From a virus, in the IMG/VR virus record IMGVR_UViG_3300028412_000004, positions 1-64,000 of that record: 64,000 nt of DNA; one strand, given 5' to 3'. Under the pieces are notes generated by a model, which was not told the origin of the DNA, ran no database searches, and saw only the letters and a list, made by a program, of their open reading frames with translations. Position 1 is the first letter of the stretch, and the number at the start of each line of letters is the position of its first letter. Below are positions 16,782 through 26,585 of this stretch, piece after piece. The translations under genes and the position numbers were made by a program.

Positions 16782-17204
16782 ATGGGAGATAGATGCTATT
16801 TAGAAATAGAGGTACTTCATGTACCTAAAGACAAGCAGGCTGAATTTGCAGAAACTATGGCTGAATACTTCGGTATAGATGACTTAGTCGAATGCAACGT
16901 AGGTGGAGCTGGCGAGCCTGCTCGTTACGAGATCGAGGAGATTGACGCCGGAGGTGTGCCGTGGCTGCAGCTGCTCGCTGAACTCGGCGTGTGTGCCGAA
17001 GGTACGCGCGGTGATGGTAGTGATTATCACGCACGGGCATTCATCTTATTGAATCAGCAGGCGCGGTATAGCGAACTAGGCGGCCCGGTTGCTAGAGTGC
17101 ATACGGATGGTACATGCCATCCTGGCGATTTAAAGGAAGCCGCGGAGTGGTATGCCGCGCAGGCGGAACTGGAGGCTTTTAAGGAAGCGTATGCAGGAGG
17201 ATAA
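16782..17204 (+). CDS. hypothetical protein
   Basis: AATTATG start context. Confidence 0.65.
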   Translation: MGDRCYLEIEVLHVPKDKQAEFAETMAEYFGIDDLVECNVGGAGEPARYEIEEIDAGGVPWLQLLAELGVCAEGTRGDGSDYHARAFILLNQQARYSELGGPVARVHTDGTCHPGDLKEAAEWYAAQAELEAFKEAYAGG

Positions 17205-17249
17205 TTTATAGTTCCTCAAAACCACTAAACCAAAGTAGATTAGAAAATT

Positions 17250-17615
17250 ATGACACTTAAAGAAACAAAAGAACTGGCCGCAGTTATTTCGGCCGACATC
17301 AGAGAAGCAGTTAAAGAAGGGCGTCAAGCTGCTCGAAACATACGGGTGACCGACGGAGGTTCGTGTAACTTCGACAGTCCTATAATATGCTTCAAGGAAA
17401 AGTCTAAGAAGTTGCTGAAGTATGTAAGCATGCCAAGTGATTGCCGGGCTAGCCTATCCCACAGCTGGAAGTATTCATACTTCGTAGGGTTCGACCCGGG
17501 CGGACAGGCTGATATACGCACACAGCGCGCGGAGGCTATTGCGTCCGTGCTGAGTGATAGACTGAGTAAACACGCTGAGCATCTCCTTGTAACAGTATAC
17601 TACATGATGGATTAG
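17250..17615 (+). CDS. hypothetical protein
   Basis: TDGGSCNFDS...GQADIRTQRAEA. Confidence 0.65.
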   Translation: MTLKETKELAAVISADIREAVKEGRQAARNIRVTDGGSCNFDSPIICFKEKSKKLLKYVSMPSDCRASLSHSWKYSYFVGFDPGGQADIRTQRAEAIASVLSDRLSKHAEHLLVTVYYMMD

Positions 17616-17644
17616 TGTGTCTCAACACCAACACCAATAAAATA

Positions 17645-18226
17645 ATGACACATAAATTAACAGTAATAGCGTGGCTGGACACGCAAGATAAACCATGCGT
17701 ACGCACACGATCAGCCTGTCAAGAGGCCTTAGAAAAATATAAGGAGCAGCCGTTTCAATCTATCCTAACTGTAGACAATTGTCAAAAGCTGGGGCTGTGT
17801 GTGGAGGGTGTCAACGACGACTCCCTCATAGTGATGAATTACTTACAGTTTGTATTAAACGTAGATATGGCTCGCACGCGCGGAGTTTATATCCCGACCG
17901 TCGCAACCTGCAAAGACTTCAGCACAGAAGATATATCAGCGTGGACCCTGAAATGGGCGAGGGCTATGCAGCAGGAACTCGGCGAGCTGATCGACTCCTG
18001 CCCTTGGAAGTGGTGGAAGGATATGCCGTTCGATAAACAGAACGCCCGCGTAGAAGCTGTAGACATGCTGCACTTCTTGCTTTCGATGATGCAGACCTTA
18101 GGGATGACTCCTCGAGAGATACTAGAAGCCTACGTTGCCAAGAACATGGTAAACCATCAAAGACAGAATCAGACAGGCGGCTACACTCTAGAAAACAAAG
18201 ACCCACATGACAGCCGCCACATCTAA
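17645..18226 (+). CDS. dimeric (all-alpha) dUTPase family protein
   Basis: ELGELIDSCPWKWWKD...NARVEAVDMLHFLLS...YVAKNMVNHQRQ. Confidence 0.85.
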   Translation: MTHKLTVIAWLDTQDKPCVRTRSACQEALEKYKEQPFQSILTVDNCQKLGLCVEGVNDDSLIVMNYLQFVLNVDMARTRGVYIPTVATCKDFSTEDISAWTLKWARAMQQELGELIDSCPWKWWKDMPFDKQNARVEAVDMLHFLLSMMQTLGMTPREILEAYVAKNMVNHQRQNQTGGYTLENKDPHDSRHI

Positions 18227-18521
18227 GGATGTACGTCAGTACGGACCTCTGGTTGTAGACATCGGAAGCCTGGGAGCTGGCGTACTTGCTATGGCGACCG
18301 AGCATAAAGACTCCGCCTGCTTAGCGCTCGGTATGATGCCGGCCGCGATTATGGAAATCTTAGAACGACAGTTAAAAGAAAAGATACCAGACGCTTACTA
18401 CTGGAGAGATGGAGGGCCCAATGTAGACGACAGGGTGCACGACGACGGAGCCGAAATCAGAGAGAGTATAACACGCGACGTGGTAGTTTACATACTGCGT
18501 AACGGACCAAACATACTATGA
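18207..18521 (+). CDS. hypothetical protein
   Basis: Overlap-coupled ORF. Confidence 0.55.
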   Translation: MTAATSKDVRQYGPLVVDIGSLGAGVLAMATEHKDSACLALGMMPAAIMEILERQLKEKIPDAYYWRDGGPNVDDRVHDDGAEIRESITRDVVVYILRNGPNIL

Positions 18522-18880
18522 AAGCTAGACCACTACGTATGCGCGGGGATGAATACGAGATTTGCAGTCCGAGCGACGCCAAATTTCTAGAGATTCACAT
18601 ACCCGGCAAAAATGTAAGACGTGTGATTCCTATCACAACGCACGATCTTGCAGAAGAAGAAGTCGGACCAGTGTGGGTGTGGAACGGGGATACAGAAAAA
18701 CCCACGTTGACCCCAGACATCGACACGCGCACTGCTAAGACAGGTCGCTGCCGGTGTAAGATACTAGAAGGTATGGTAGAGTTTCACATAGACAGTGAGC
18801 ACGAGTACGCTGGTGAAAAAATGAACCTGCTGGAGGTGGCTAAAGCTCTAGACGCAGAGAGTCTCCCTAAGGATCAGTAA
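18518..18880 (+). CDS. DUF6527-like protein
   Basis: WVWNGDTEKPTLTP...C...GMVEFHIDSEHEYAG. Confidence 0.6.
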   Translation: MKARPLRMRGDEYEICSPSDAKFLEIHIPGKNVRRVIPITTHDLAEEEVGPVWVWNGDTEKPTLTPDIDTRTAKTGRCRCKILEGMVEFHIDSEHEYAGEKMNLLEVAKALDAESLPKDQ

Positions 18881-19263
18881 TGTCTCCTGCTACAAAAAAA
18901 CTAGTTCGGGAGATCTTTGTGGAAGCGGCGCAGACGCGTTACGAATTATGGTCCCAGGATGAAGATGGTTATGACGAAGACATAGGATACGGAGGCATCT
19001 GCTCCATTATAGCGGATGAGGCCATTTGTTATTATACAGAGGCAGGCTACGACGCGTGGCCTGTCTCTGACGAAGAACACACCTGGGTTGTTGTAATCGT
19101 CGATGGTGATGCTATCGAGGTGGACATACCTGCGTACGTTTATGAAACCGGCGCAGGCTATAACTGGACCAAACTCCCTGGAGTCATATACAGCGCCGCC
19201 GATGTGACGCTGCGGGCTTGTGAGGATGTGGATACCGTAATAGAATGCGCCCACTTAATGTAA
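18880..19263 (+). CDS. hypothetical protein
   Basis: GGICSIIADE...HTWV...DIPAYVYETGAGYNWTK. Confidence 0.65.
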   Translation: MSPATKKLVREIFVEAAQTRYELWSQDEDGYDEDIGYGGICSIIADEAICYYTEAGYDAWPVSDEEHTWVVVIVDGDAIEVDIPAYVYETGAGYNWTKLPGVIYSAADVTLRACEDVDTVIECAHLM

Positions 19264-19274
19264 GTAATAAAAAA

Positions 19275-20135
19275 ATGAATGAACATATAGCATTTAAACT
19301 AATACCCGTAGATCGCGGTAGAGACGATCAGTCTGGAGACTTGGAAGTTTCCAGTATTACGTCAGAAGGATTCCTACGCTTAGTATCACACTTCGACGTG
19401 TTAAATAACACCGCTCCAAATGAGTTAACGGATCTGTTTAACAAACAGAAGTTCACACGCTTGTTGACAGGAAGCGCTGACTCGTCGGAGAGATCTTCCA
19501 GTTCGAAATATGAAGCATACTACTACCAACAAGCAGAGCTGGGAGATGATTTATTCCAGCCCTACCGGAAAGAGTATATAATGCGCACAGGTATGGATAT
19601 TCCAGACCAGTGCTTCCCTACTGTTGGAAATTGGTTAGGTGTATATCATACACACTTCCTGCAAGATCTTAGAATCGAGCACGGTAAGCTGAAAGCTTCT
19701 GGTTTTGTAAAAGTAGGGGATTGGAACGGTGTTGAGGCCTCCAAGCGCGCCCCGAGTCGTTTCAAAGAAGTTGCGCTTTCAAGGTTCAGCTTTCGAAGAA
19801 CTGAGCCGGAGTATATTGCATTTGCAAATGGGCTTTTCAAACACAACCCGGCATACGGTAACGGAAAACGCGCGCCGCTTGAACCCAGTTTGGAGGATGG
19901 TGAATTATTCACTATGCTGATGATACACTGGCTTGATAGATACGCTACCGACGCGCAGAAGGAAGTTGTGGCGACAGACGTTGCAACCATGAAGGAGGCG
20001 CGTTGTAAAGGTAACCTATTTACTACACGGCCCTGCGGTACAAACCTTATTAACGGGTGGGGAGTGGATAATACAATACACTGGTCAGAGTTTATAAAAC
20101 TCGGTAAGGTGTGTTCAAATGAATCCTCCAACTAA
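19275..20135 (+). CDS. hypothetical protein
   Basis: Long ORF; start moved to ATG 19275. Confidence 0.7.
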   Translation: MNEHIAFKLIPVDRGRDDQSGDLEVSSITSEGFLRLVSHFDVLNNTAPNELTDLFNKQKFTRLLTGSADSSERSSSSKYEAYYYQQAELGDDLFQPYRKEYIMRTGMDIPDQCFPTVGNWLGVYHTHFLQDLRIEHGKLKASGFVKVGDWNGVEASKRAPSRFKEVALSRFSFRRTEPEYIAFANGLFKHNPAYGNGKRAPLEPSLEDGELFTMLMIHWLDRYATDAQKEVVATDVATMKEARCKGNLFTTRPCGTNLINGWGVDNTIHWSEFIKLGKVCSNESSN

Positions 20136-20460
20136 AGATAGTTTACTGCCAGACGGCATACCCAAATACGTACGGTGTTACGACGACGAGAAATCGTCAG
20201 ATCGCTACGCCGTTGTATTTACAGGAGACTACGATTTGAAGTCTCTCGAAGATAAAGGTTGGGAAGGCGGCCATCCTCATTTGTTTATGAGCGCATGTCC
20301 GCTTTCCCCACGAGGGACACACTCCCTAGAGTCACGAACTAAGCAAGCAGATCTTAAGTCCAACGAAGCGTTGGGAACCCGGATTAAATTCCAAGATTTG
20401 CCAGAACCCTGCCAAGGGATGGTGTTAGATTACTACACCAGAATATGGAACCTAAACTAG
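20119..20460 (+). CDS. hypothetical protein
   Basis: YVRCYDD...DRYAVVFTG...LGTRIKFQDLP. Confidence 0.65.
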   Translation: MNPPTKDSLLPDGIPKYVRCYDDEKSSDRYAVVFTGDYDLKSLEDKGWEGGHPHLFMSACPLSPRGTHSLESRTKQADLKSNEALGTRIKFQDLPEPCQGMVLDYYTRIWNLN

Positions 20461-20471
20461 AAAGTTAAATT

Positions 20472-21218
20472 ATGAGTAAATTATTATTACATTGCGGCGG
20501 AGAGCGCGCAGACTTCGACGACGTAGAGTTGGTAGAAACCCCGGAAGCGACGGATACGCACTTCCCTCTGCCCCATGCAGATTTCATTAGAGGCGTGCGT
20601 CACCATCTCGAGGACGGTGGTTACAGTATCACATCACAAGAGCATGCGCTGACGAAAGACGGTCAGCGCTACTTCGGTGTTATCAGCCTAGGCACCACCG
20701 GGCGTGATGGGGATTACGGGTGGACAATCGGTTTGCGCAACTCCCATGACAAGGCCTACTCCGCTGGTATTGCTGCTGGGTCTAGGGTTTTCGTGTGTGA
20801 CAACCTTTGTTTCAATGGGGAGGTTACCGTGATGCGTAAGCACACACGTCACATCCGCGACGATCTGAATCAGCTGATGCCTCGGGCGATCGGACAGCTT
20901 GGAGGCATGCTCACACTGAATGATAACCGCTACAACCAATACAAGCAGCGGAATTTGGCAGATCGTGAAGTGAATCACCTGATGATCGGAGCCCTTGACG
21001 CCAAAATAATCCCAGCTACCCGGATACCACGGGTGCTGGAAAACTGGCGCGAACCTAAGCAAGAGGTGTGGAACGAGCACCGCGACGTGTGGGGTTTATT
21101 CAACGCCTTCACCGAGGACTTCAAGAACATCTCGGATGCAAACACCCTCCTTAAGCGCGGACAGTCTCTACACGGTCTTATGGATGCGTTCGTAGGGTTT
21201 AACCCATCAGTAAACTGA
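20472..21218 (+). CDS. DUF932 family protein
   Basis: LHCGG...THFPLPH...GLRNSHDK...GSRVFVCDNL. Confidence 0.85.
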   Translation: MSKLLLHCGGERADFDDVELVETPEATDTHFPLPHADFIRGVRHHLEDGGYSITSQEHALTKDGQRYFGVISLGTTGRDGDYGWTIGLRNSHDKAYSAGIAAGSRVFVCDNLCFNGEVTVMRKHTRHIRDDLNQLMPRAIGQLGGMLTLNDNRYNQYKQRNLADREVNHLMIGALDAKIIPATRIPRVLENWREPKQEVWNEHRDVWGLFNAFTEDFKNISDANTLLKRGQSLHGLMDAFVGFNPSVN

Positions 21219-21517
21219 TGTCTGGACTACGTTACTGGAAGAGCTGCGTTGACTTCTCTCCAGGCGACACCAGTGCGTTGTTTGAGATGATCGACGACGC
21301 TATAACCGTCACGCGGCGCACGTTCCTGAAGCACGTAGATGCAGCTTCGCGTCTACAGCTAGAGAAGGCGCTGAGTTACGAGACGCATGCGAAACGTGGT
21401 CTTACCTGTGCGGGGGACTACCACGTCAGCTACCACAGATCAAAATACAACGGACGGAGGGTTTACTTCATGAGGCACTCGTCCATTGAGCATATCTTCC
21501 GAGAGGAGGTTCCTTGA
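21218..21517 (+). CDS. hypothetical protein
   Basis: TGATG coupling; DYHVSYHRS...HSSIEHIF. Confidence 0.65.
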   Translation: MSGLRYWKSCVDFSPGDTSALFEMIDDAITVTRRTFLKHVDAASRLQLEKALSYETHAKRGLTCAGDYHVSYHRSKYNGRRVYFMRHSSIEHIFREEVP

Positions 21518-21822
21518 GCGCGGAGAAGGTAGACTCAGCGCGCCCAGAAACTTGGCGCTGGGTTAATGCCGGCACCCCCAAAGACCCCGCATCGCGCTTG
21601 TTGTGCCACGCTGCCATGAGTTTGAAACAATTCATTCTTATGGCGGAGGCTATACAAGTGCAGAAAAAAGGTCCGCGTACTTTTGTACAGCGGGCTCATA
21701 GTAAAGTATTTCAGAATAATCTGGAATACGCACAAGATTTAGCAGATGGTGCCCCCGTCCATACCTTCCAAAAGGATGGTCGGGACTATGTGTTAAAATT
21801 AACGCCGCAAGGCAAAAAATAG
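21514..21822 (+). CDS. hypothetical protein
   Basis: TTG start overlapping previous stop. Confidence 0.5.
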   Translation: MSAEKVDSARPETWRWVNAGTPKDPASRLLCHAAMSLKQFILMAEAIQVQKKGPRTFVQRAHSKVFQNNLEYAQDLADGAPVHTFQKDGRDYVLKLTPQGKK

Positions 21823-21828
21823 AGATAA

Positions 21829-22329
21829 ATGATTAAAAAACAAATATACCAAACCGACGACGGTAAGACGTTCGAAGACAAGAATAAGGCTGCCGCCCAC
21901 GAGCAGGGTCTGAAAGCAGAGAAGAGTTTAAAGGCTTTCCTCTACCGCTTCACCAGTGAGGCTAAGGACGCGGAGCTCGCAGAAGACGCGTCAGCTATGG
22001 AAACCCTGTATGCAGTTGTAGCAGCTCGCTTTGTTGACGCGAGCGTTCAGCCCACCAGTATGGCTGAACTCCTATGGGATGTTATGAAGGCACACCCTGT
22101 CGAAGCCGCGCAGGTGATTAAAGGAACGTTCGGGACGCGCGCCAAGAAGCGTGCTGCCAAGAAGAGCGCTACCAAAAAGAGCGCCGCCAAGAAGTCTACA
22201 CCCAAAACTAAGGGTGCGGAATCTTCGGCCAAGGAAGTGCCGGCGGCTCCGGCAAAGAAAATACCACCGGTACCGCCTGCAGCAGACGAAGGTGATACTT
22301 TCGTTCCTCCAGCTCCTCCTCCTGAGTAA
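21829..22329 (+). CDS. protein with histone-H1-like Lys/Ala tail
   Basis: KKRAAKKSATKKSAAKKSTPK and Pro-rich end. Confidence 0.7.
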   Translation: MIKKQIYQTDDGKTFEDKNKAAAHEQGLKAEKSLKAFLYRFTSEAKDAELAEDASAMETLYAVVAARFVDASVQPTSMAELLWDVMKAHPVEAAQVIKGTFGTRAKKRAAKKSATKKSAAKKSTPKTKGAESSAKEVPAAPAKKIPPVPPAADEGDTFVPPAPPPE

Positions 22330-22451
22330 TGAAACGCTGGCTTAAAAGAAAGTTGAGCAGATACTCCTACACATGCATCATCGAGTTTTTCGTAGTGTGC
22401 TTGTTGGGAGGTGTCTTAGGGGTCTTGGCTTATTGGGCTTTAGGCCTGTAG
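22329..22451 (+). CDS. 40-aa membrane peptide
   Basis: MKRWLKRKLSR followed by hydrophobic helix; TAATG coupling. Confidence 0.45.
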   Translation: MKRWLKRKLSRYSYTCIIEFFVVCLLGGVLGVLAYWALGL

Positions 22452-22461
22452 TAACTTGGAA

Positions 22462-22537
22462 GCGGGTGTAGCTCAGCGGATAGAGCAGCGGTTTTCTAAA
22501 CCGTAGGTCGGAGGTTCAATTCCTCCCACCCGTACCA
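22462..22537 (+). tRNA. tRNA-Arg(TCT)
   Basis: 76-nt cloverleaf, anticodon loop TTTCTAA, TTCAAT T-loop, encoded CCA. Confidence 0.95.
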
Positions 22538-22567
22538 TTTCAAGCATTAAAATTAAAATAATAATAT

Positions 22568-22948
22568 ATGACAGATAAATTAAACTCTAGGGGATGCGAT
22601 GTTGCCTGGACACGCGATCAAATTTTAAGGGTGTGCGAAAAGTTGAACAGCACCGATAGCGTATTTAATAGGCGCCTAGCGGGCGCGTTAGAACACGCAG
22701 ATTCTGACAACCTTCGAGCAACAATAATTATGTTCGAAGAAATTATAGCTCCGTTGATTGAGGATAGGCTTTATCCCAACACATGGTCCCACAGCACTAT
22801 AATTGAGGCGTTAAGGAGTTTGCATAAGAGTGGAGGGAATTTCTCTCGCCACATAGCGGGGGCTATTTTAGCGAGTCCGTACAAGATTGATACTGCTAAG
22901 ATAGTCGCCTTATTTGGGGAACTAATAAAACCCCATTACCCACACTGA
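22568..22948 (+). CDS. hypothetical protein with internal duplication
   Basis: FNRRLAGAL and FSRHIAGAIL halves. Confidence 0.6.
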   Translation: MTDKLNSRGCDVAWTRDQILRVCEKLNSTDSVFNRRLAGALEHADSDNLRATIIMFEEIIAPLIEDRLYPNTWSHSTIIEALRSLHKSGGNFSRHIAGAILASPYKIDTAKIVALFGELIKPHYPH

Positions 22949-23136
22949 TGGATGAAGAATTAGCGGCTCCCTTACGTAAATCTGGCCTAGTACTGCTCGT
23001 GATTATAGCTGTGCAGCTGATTATAGGTGTATTGGGAGCTCTCGGACCTATACTGGGTGTCATCTGGCCTGTAATACCAGTGGCTATTATAGTAGTTTTA
23101 TACATGAGGCAGAAAGGATCAAACCATGCGAAATGA
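22948..23136 (+). CDS. small two-helix membrane protein
   Basis: Two hydrophobic segments. Confidence 0.6.
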   Translation: MDEELAAPLRKSGLVLLVIIAVQLIIGVLGALGPILGVIWPVIPVAIIVVLYMRQKGSNHAK

Positions 23137-23551
23137 TGTGGGAGTAGAGGAATATGTGTGGCTTGTCGCGACAGCGCAAATCGACAATGCTAGCAGAGAG
23201 ATTAGTTACACTTTGCTGCTTTTGGCGCGCACACCGCGGGATGGAACTAAAGTAGGAGTCTTAGGCTCTATTGTATTCGATAGCGAAGGAGCGCCTCAAT
23301 TCAGGTTTTGTGAAAGCTTTAAGCAGATAGACGCACGGACTGCTGCTGTGAACCCTATAGGTAAGGAAGAGATATCCATGTTCTGTGTGGCTACTGTAAC
23401 GGGCCTGCAGACCTGCGGTAGAACTTTCTGCGCAGAGTTCACGGAAGATATCGAAGCTGCGATAGAAGAGTGTCCTGCTATACTAGGCGGTATACTCTCT
23501 GCAGTTAAGCAACACAAAGAAACACAAGAAATGTTATGGCTATCTTATTAG
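23126..23551 (+). CDS. hypothetical protein
   Basis: Overlap-coupled ORF. Confidence 0.6.
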   Translation: MRNDVGVEEYVWLVATAQIDNASREISYTLLLLARTPRDGTKVGVLGSIVFDSEGAPQFRFCESFKQIDARTAAVNPIGKEEISMFCVATVTGLQTCGRTFCAEFTEDIEAAIEECPAILGGILSAVKQHKETQEMLWLSY

Positions 23552-24261
23552 GAATAGATACAGAAACCACAAGTGCTGACTCAAAGAACTGTGAAATTAC
23601 AGAACTGGGTATGGCGCTGTGGGACACGCAAAAAAAGTGTCCCACGACTATGTTTAACGCACTGGTGTCGCCTTACGAGCGCGAGGTTTTAACAGAGGGC
23701 GCTTCAGAAGCTACAGGTATTACCGACGAGCTTAGAGAGACTTCAGGACTGCCGGTCTTGAACGTGTTCAACTATCTGTCGTTCTTGTTGAGTAAGGCTG
23801 ACTTCGTCGTCGCGCATAATGCGCCTTTCGACAAGGAAGTCCTTATCGAGAATGCGGTACATTTGGATTGTCAAGACCTAGCGACTAATCTCCGAGACCG
23901 TCCATGGATTGACACGATCGAGGACATCCCTTACCCGGGAGTGCCTTCTTCGCACAAGCTTGGACACTTGGCCGCGGATCATGGGTTTTTGAATCCATTT
24001 CCCCACCGTGCGCTATTCGACGTGATGACGATGCTGCGCGTCCTAGGCGAGTATGACTGGGACAAGGTCAAGACTTACTGGGGTGAAGAGGTGTTCGAAG
24101 TTACAGCTCATGTGAGTTATGATAACAACCACTTAGCTAAAGCTCTCAAATACAGATGGAATCCAGACCGTAAAATCTGGTTGAAAAACCTTCGAGAGTC
24201 AGAGCTATCGGAAGATTTACCTTTCCGGGTATCTAAGAGATCCCTAGGTAAAAAGGGGTAA
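23536..24261 (+). CDS. DEDDh 3'-5' exonuclease (DNA pol III epsilon-like)
   Basis: GIDTETT, AHNAPFD, PHRALFDV. Confidence 0.9.
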   Translation: MAILLGIDTETTSADSKNCEITELGMALWDTQKKCPTTMFNALVSPYEREVLTEGASEATGITDELRETSGLPVLNVFNYLSFLLSKADFVVAHNAPFDKEVLIENAVHLDCQDLATNLRDRPWIDTIEDIPYPGVPSSHKLGHLAADHGFLNPFPHRALFDVMTMLRVLGEYDWDKVKTYWGEEVFEVTAHVSYDNNHLAKALKYRWNPDRKIWLKNLRESELSEDLPFRVSKRSLGKKG

Positions 24262-24314
24262 AAAGTGGTTATATATAGATGTAACACACCGTTACATCTA
24301 TCCCAAGCTCTCCT

Positions 24315-24470
24315 CACACTGCTCGATATAGTGTGCTTGGTTAGGCGTGTCCGCCTACGAGTTTGGGGAAGGGTATGGAAGTAACCCTAGTCCTAAAGGA
24401 CCCCGTCCGCGGGCGGTCTTCCCCCAGCCTGGTCATGCAGACGACATGGTCAGACTGGGTAATTTTAACC
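24315..24470 (+). ncRNA. candidate structured RNA upstream of deformylase
   Basis: TAGGCG/CGCCTA hairpin; GGGGAAG/CTTCCCC enclosing three short hairpins; CCCAG-CTGGTCATG/CATGGTCAG-CTGGG stem. Confidence 0.4.
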
Positions 24471-24545
24471 ACCCGTCCGGCAGTAATATTAACAATCAAA
24501 TTAGAAAAAGTTATTATTGAGAGAGCTGCCTGGACGGGTCCTATT

Positions 24546-25031
24546 ATGCTAAAACTAAAGTTAATACGCAGAGGGGATCCTGAAGAAGGGATCCTGTCAG
24601 AAAACCTCTTAACGTCTCATCCTGCGGACCCTGCAGAGGTCCGCAGGATTGTTAAGCAGGTGAAAAAGATATGCCGCCTCAAGAGAGGAGCTGGTTTATC
24701 CGCGAACCAGGTTGGTGTAAGGATGGCGTTTTTCTTTATATCTCCGGCGGCATGCGACACACGTAAAAACATGTTCGTATTAAACCCTATCATCACGGAG
24801 CTGGACGACGAGAGAACTACTCGTGTAGAGGGATGCCTATCACTACCTGGACGCGAGTTCGAGGTAGAGAGGCCGGCGGCTGTGACCGCTAGATATGAAG
24901 ACGAACATGGACGTCAACGCCTGGAGCGCTTCGCAGGCTGCGCTGCGCAGGTGTTTCTCCATGAATACGATCATCTCCTCGGGAAGACTCTCGAGGACAC
25001 AGGAAAGGAAATAAAAAATGAAGAAGAATGA
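24546..25031 (+). CDS. def: peptide deformylase
   Basis: GAGLSANQVG, EGCLSL, HEYDH; start moved from TTG 24363 to ATG 24546. Confidence 0.93.
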   Translation: MLKLKLIRRGDPEEGILSENLLTSHPADPAEVRRIVKQVKKICRLKRGAGLSANQVGVRMAFFFISPAACDTRKNMFVLNPIITELDDERTTRVEGCLSLPGREFEVERPAAVTARYEDEHGRQRLERFAGCAAQVFLHEYDHLLGKTLEDTGKEIKNEEE

Positions 25032-25404
25032 TTACGACGCCGCACAGACTGAGTTTGTGCTGGCTAAAGAAGGGCTCGAAGTCGCGCTCACGCGCTTCGA
25101 CTCTGCAGCGATAACGCTGGCTGAGATGGAGCCAAAGCAGGTCATGGCCGCGAGTGAAGATATGCGGAAGACGATAAATAGGCTGGTAAGGCACCTCGCC
25201 ACCCAGACCTACAAGAACGATTTTCGCGCAGCTTGGATCGACGCCTACAAAGTAATGGGACGCGTGTTCCACTACAACCCGGCAGCGAAAGCTGTAACTG
25301 CGAACCGTCCACATCTTGACATTTGCGAAGAGGACGGAAATTTGGACAAGCTGCTAAAAATTGTCCAGGCTATGATAGCCAACGAGGCGGCAGACGCTCG
25401 TTGA
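25018..25404 (+). CDS. hypothetical protein
   Basis: Overlap-coupled ORF. Confidence 0.6.
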   Translation: MKKNDYDAAQTEFVLAKEGLEVALTRFDSAAITLAEMEPKQVMAASEDMRKTINRLVRHLATQTYKNDFRAAWIDAYKVMGRVFHYNPAAKAVTANRPHLDICEEDGNLDKLLKIVQAMIANEAADAR

Positions 25405-25434
25405 CAAACACAAATACAAATACATAAACACAAC

Positions 25435-25938
25435 ATGGATAAGAATAAGATTGTAGACCAACTACGTCAGTTTGGCGTACGGGAGGACCAGATACCATCC
25501 GTGTTGGCGGATGTGGCCTACCACCTGCAGGAGTTCGGCGTAGCTCAAATATTTGGCATGCCTGACGGAACGCTAAAGGTAGGGGCTACGAGTCCTGACG
25601 CTGGTGCACCTTTATCAGGAACAGACTGCAAGGAGGAGGCGTTTGAGGAGCACCCCAGTGATGTTATGCGTCGCGACCTTGCACTATACGCGGACATATT
25701 GTCCGTGTCAGAGCATACTACTGAAGCGCTGCGAGACAAGCTAGAGCGCATGAAGCAAGCTCTAGAAGTAAAATTGGGTGAAGATGTTGAAGACTACATC
25801 TCGCATACCCAGTTGGAGACGCATAAAGCGTCCGGGGATCGCGCAAAGGCGGAACTCCATGCATGGCAAGAAGCCGTGCACGGAGGCAATACAATGTTGT
25901 CCTTCCAAGACTGGAAGGACTCCTCCCTACCTGTATAA
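25435..25938 (+). CDS. hypothetical protein
   Basis: 167-aa ORF followed by terminator. Confidence 0.6.
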   Translation: MDKNKIVDQLRQFGVREDQIPSVLADVAYHLQEFGVAQIFGMPDGTLKVGATSPDAGAPLSGTDCKEEAFEEHPSDVMRRDLALYADILSVSEHTTEALRDKLERMKQALEVKLGEDVEDYISHTQLETHKASGDRAKAELHAWQEAVHGGNTMLSFQDWKDSSLPV

Positions 25939-25958
25939 TGCAGGTAGAATTATAATCT

Positions 25959-25988
25959 AGGCCGTACAATACTGTACGGCCTTTTTTA
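25959..25988 (+). terminator. intrinsic terminator
   Basis: AGGCCGTACA-ATAC-TGTACGGCCT followed by T run. Confidence 0.85.
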
Positions 25989-26071
25989 TGTATCCATGGG
26001 CGCAGCTACCGCTCTTAACAAACAACAATAATTAGTAGCACAAGTAACCTCAACAGAGAGTAAATAATAAT

Positions 26072-26506
26072 ATGGCAAAAGTAGATATAGAAACCCTGAA
26101 GTTCATAGTCCAGCGTCACGAGCAGGACATAAGTAAAGTCAACAGCATCATGAAAGATATCGCGCTCGAGCTCAAAGCCGAGGAAGAAGAAAAGGCCAAC
26201 AGACCTCCTCCCGTCAAGAAGCAGTTCGTCGTCGTCATTGCAGACAATGAAGGCGCGCTGGCAGGTAAAGACCTACCAGCTTGGGTCGTGCAAATCCCGG
26301 AAGAGGATAGTGTATTAACCGCTCCAGAGCGTCTTGTCAGGGCCGCTCGTGAGTTCAACACCACCCCGAAAGGACGCCGCATGCCTGTGGAGTCGCTCGG
26401 GGAAGCCTGTGAGGTTGTTAGCGCCAAGTTATTTAAAGAGCAGGATATCTGGGTGAAGACCAAGGTTCCTGTCCTTGCGATACCGCATACCAACAAGCTC
26501 CAGTAG
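26072..26506 (+). CDS. hypothetical protein
   Basis: 144-aa ORF, AATATG start context. Confidence 0.7.
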   Translation: MAKVDIETLKFIVQRHEQDISKVNSIMKDIALELKAEEEEKANRPPPVKKQFVVVIADNEGALAGKDLPAWVVQIPEEDSVLTAPERLVRAAREFNTTPKGRRMPVESLGEACEVVSAKLFKEQDIWVKTKVPVLAIPHTNKLQ

Positions 26507-26585
26507 AGCGCACAAAACTTGTTTGACAGTGTGATAATTGTAGTTTTAACTGTGTGTTTATTAAATTAACCCAATACGAAACACT

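Noticed and set aside
24370-24420. Glutamine riboswitch (GGAAGTA) or a known self-cleaving ribozyme
   Set aside because: Only a short word matches; the junction architecture differs, and no hammerhead, twister or pistol core was found.
24363-24545. N-terminal extension of the deformylase from TTG 24363
   Set aside because: It overlaps a strongly structured region, and ATG 24546 gives a normal-length enzyme in the usual start context.
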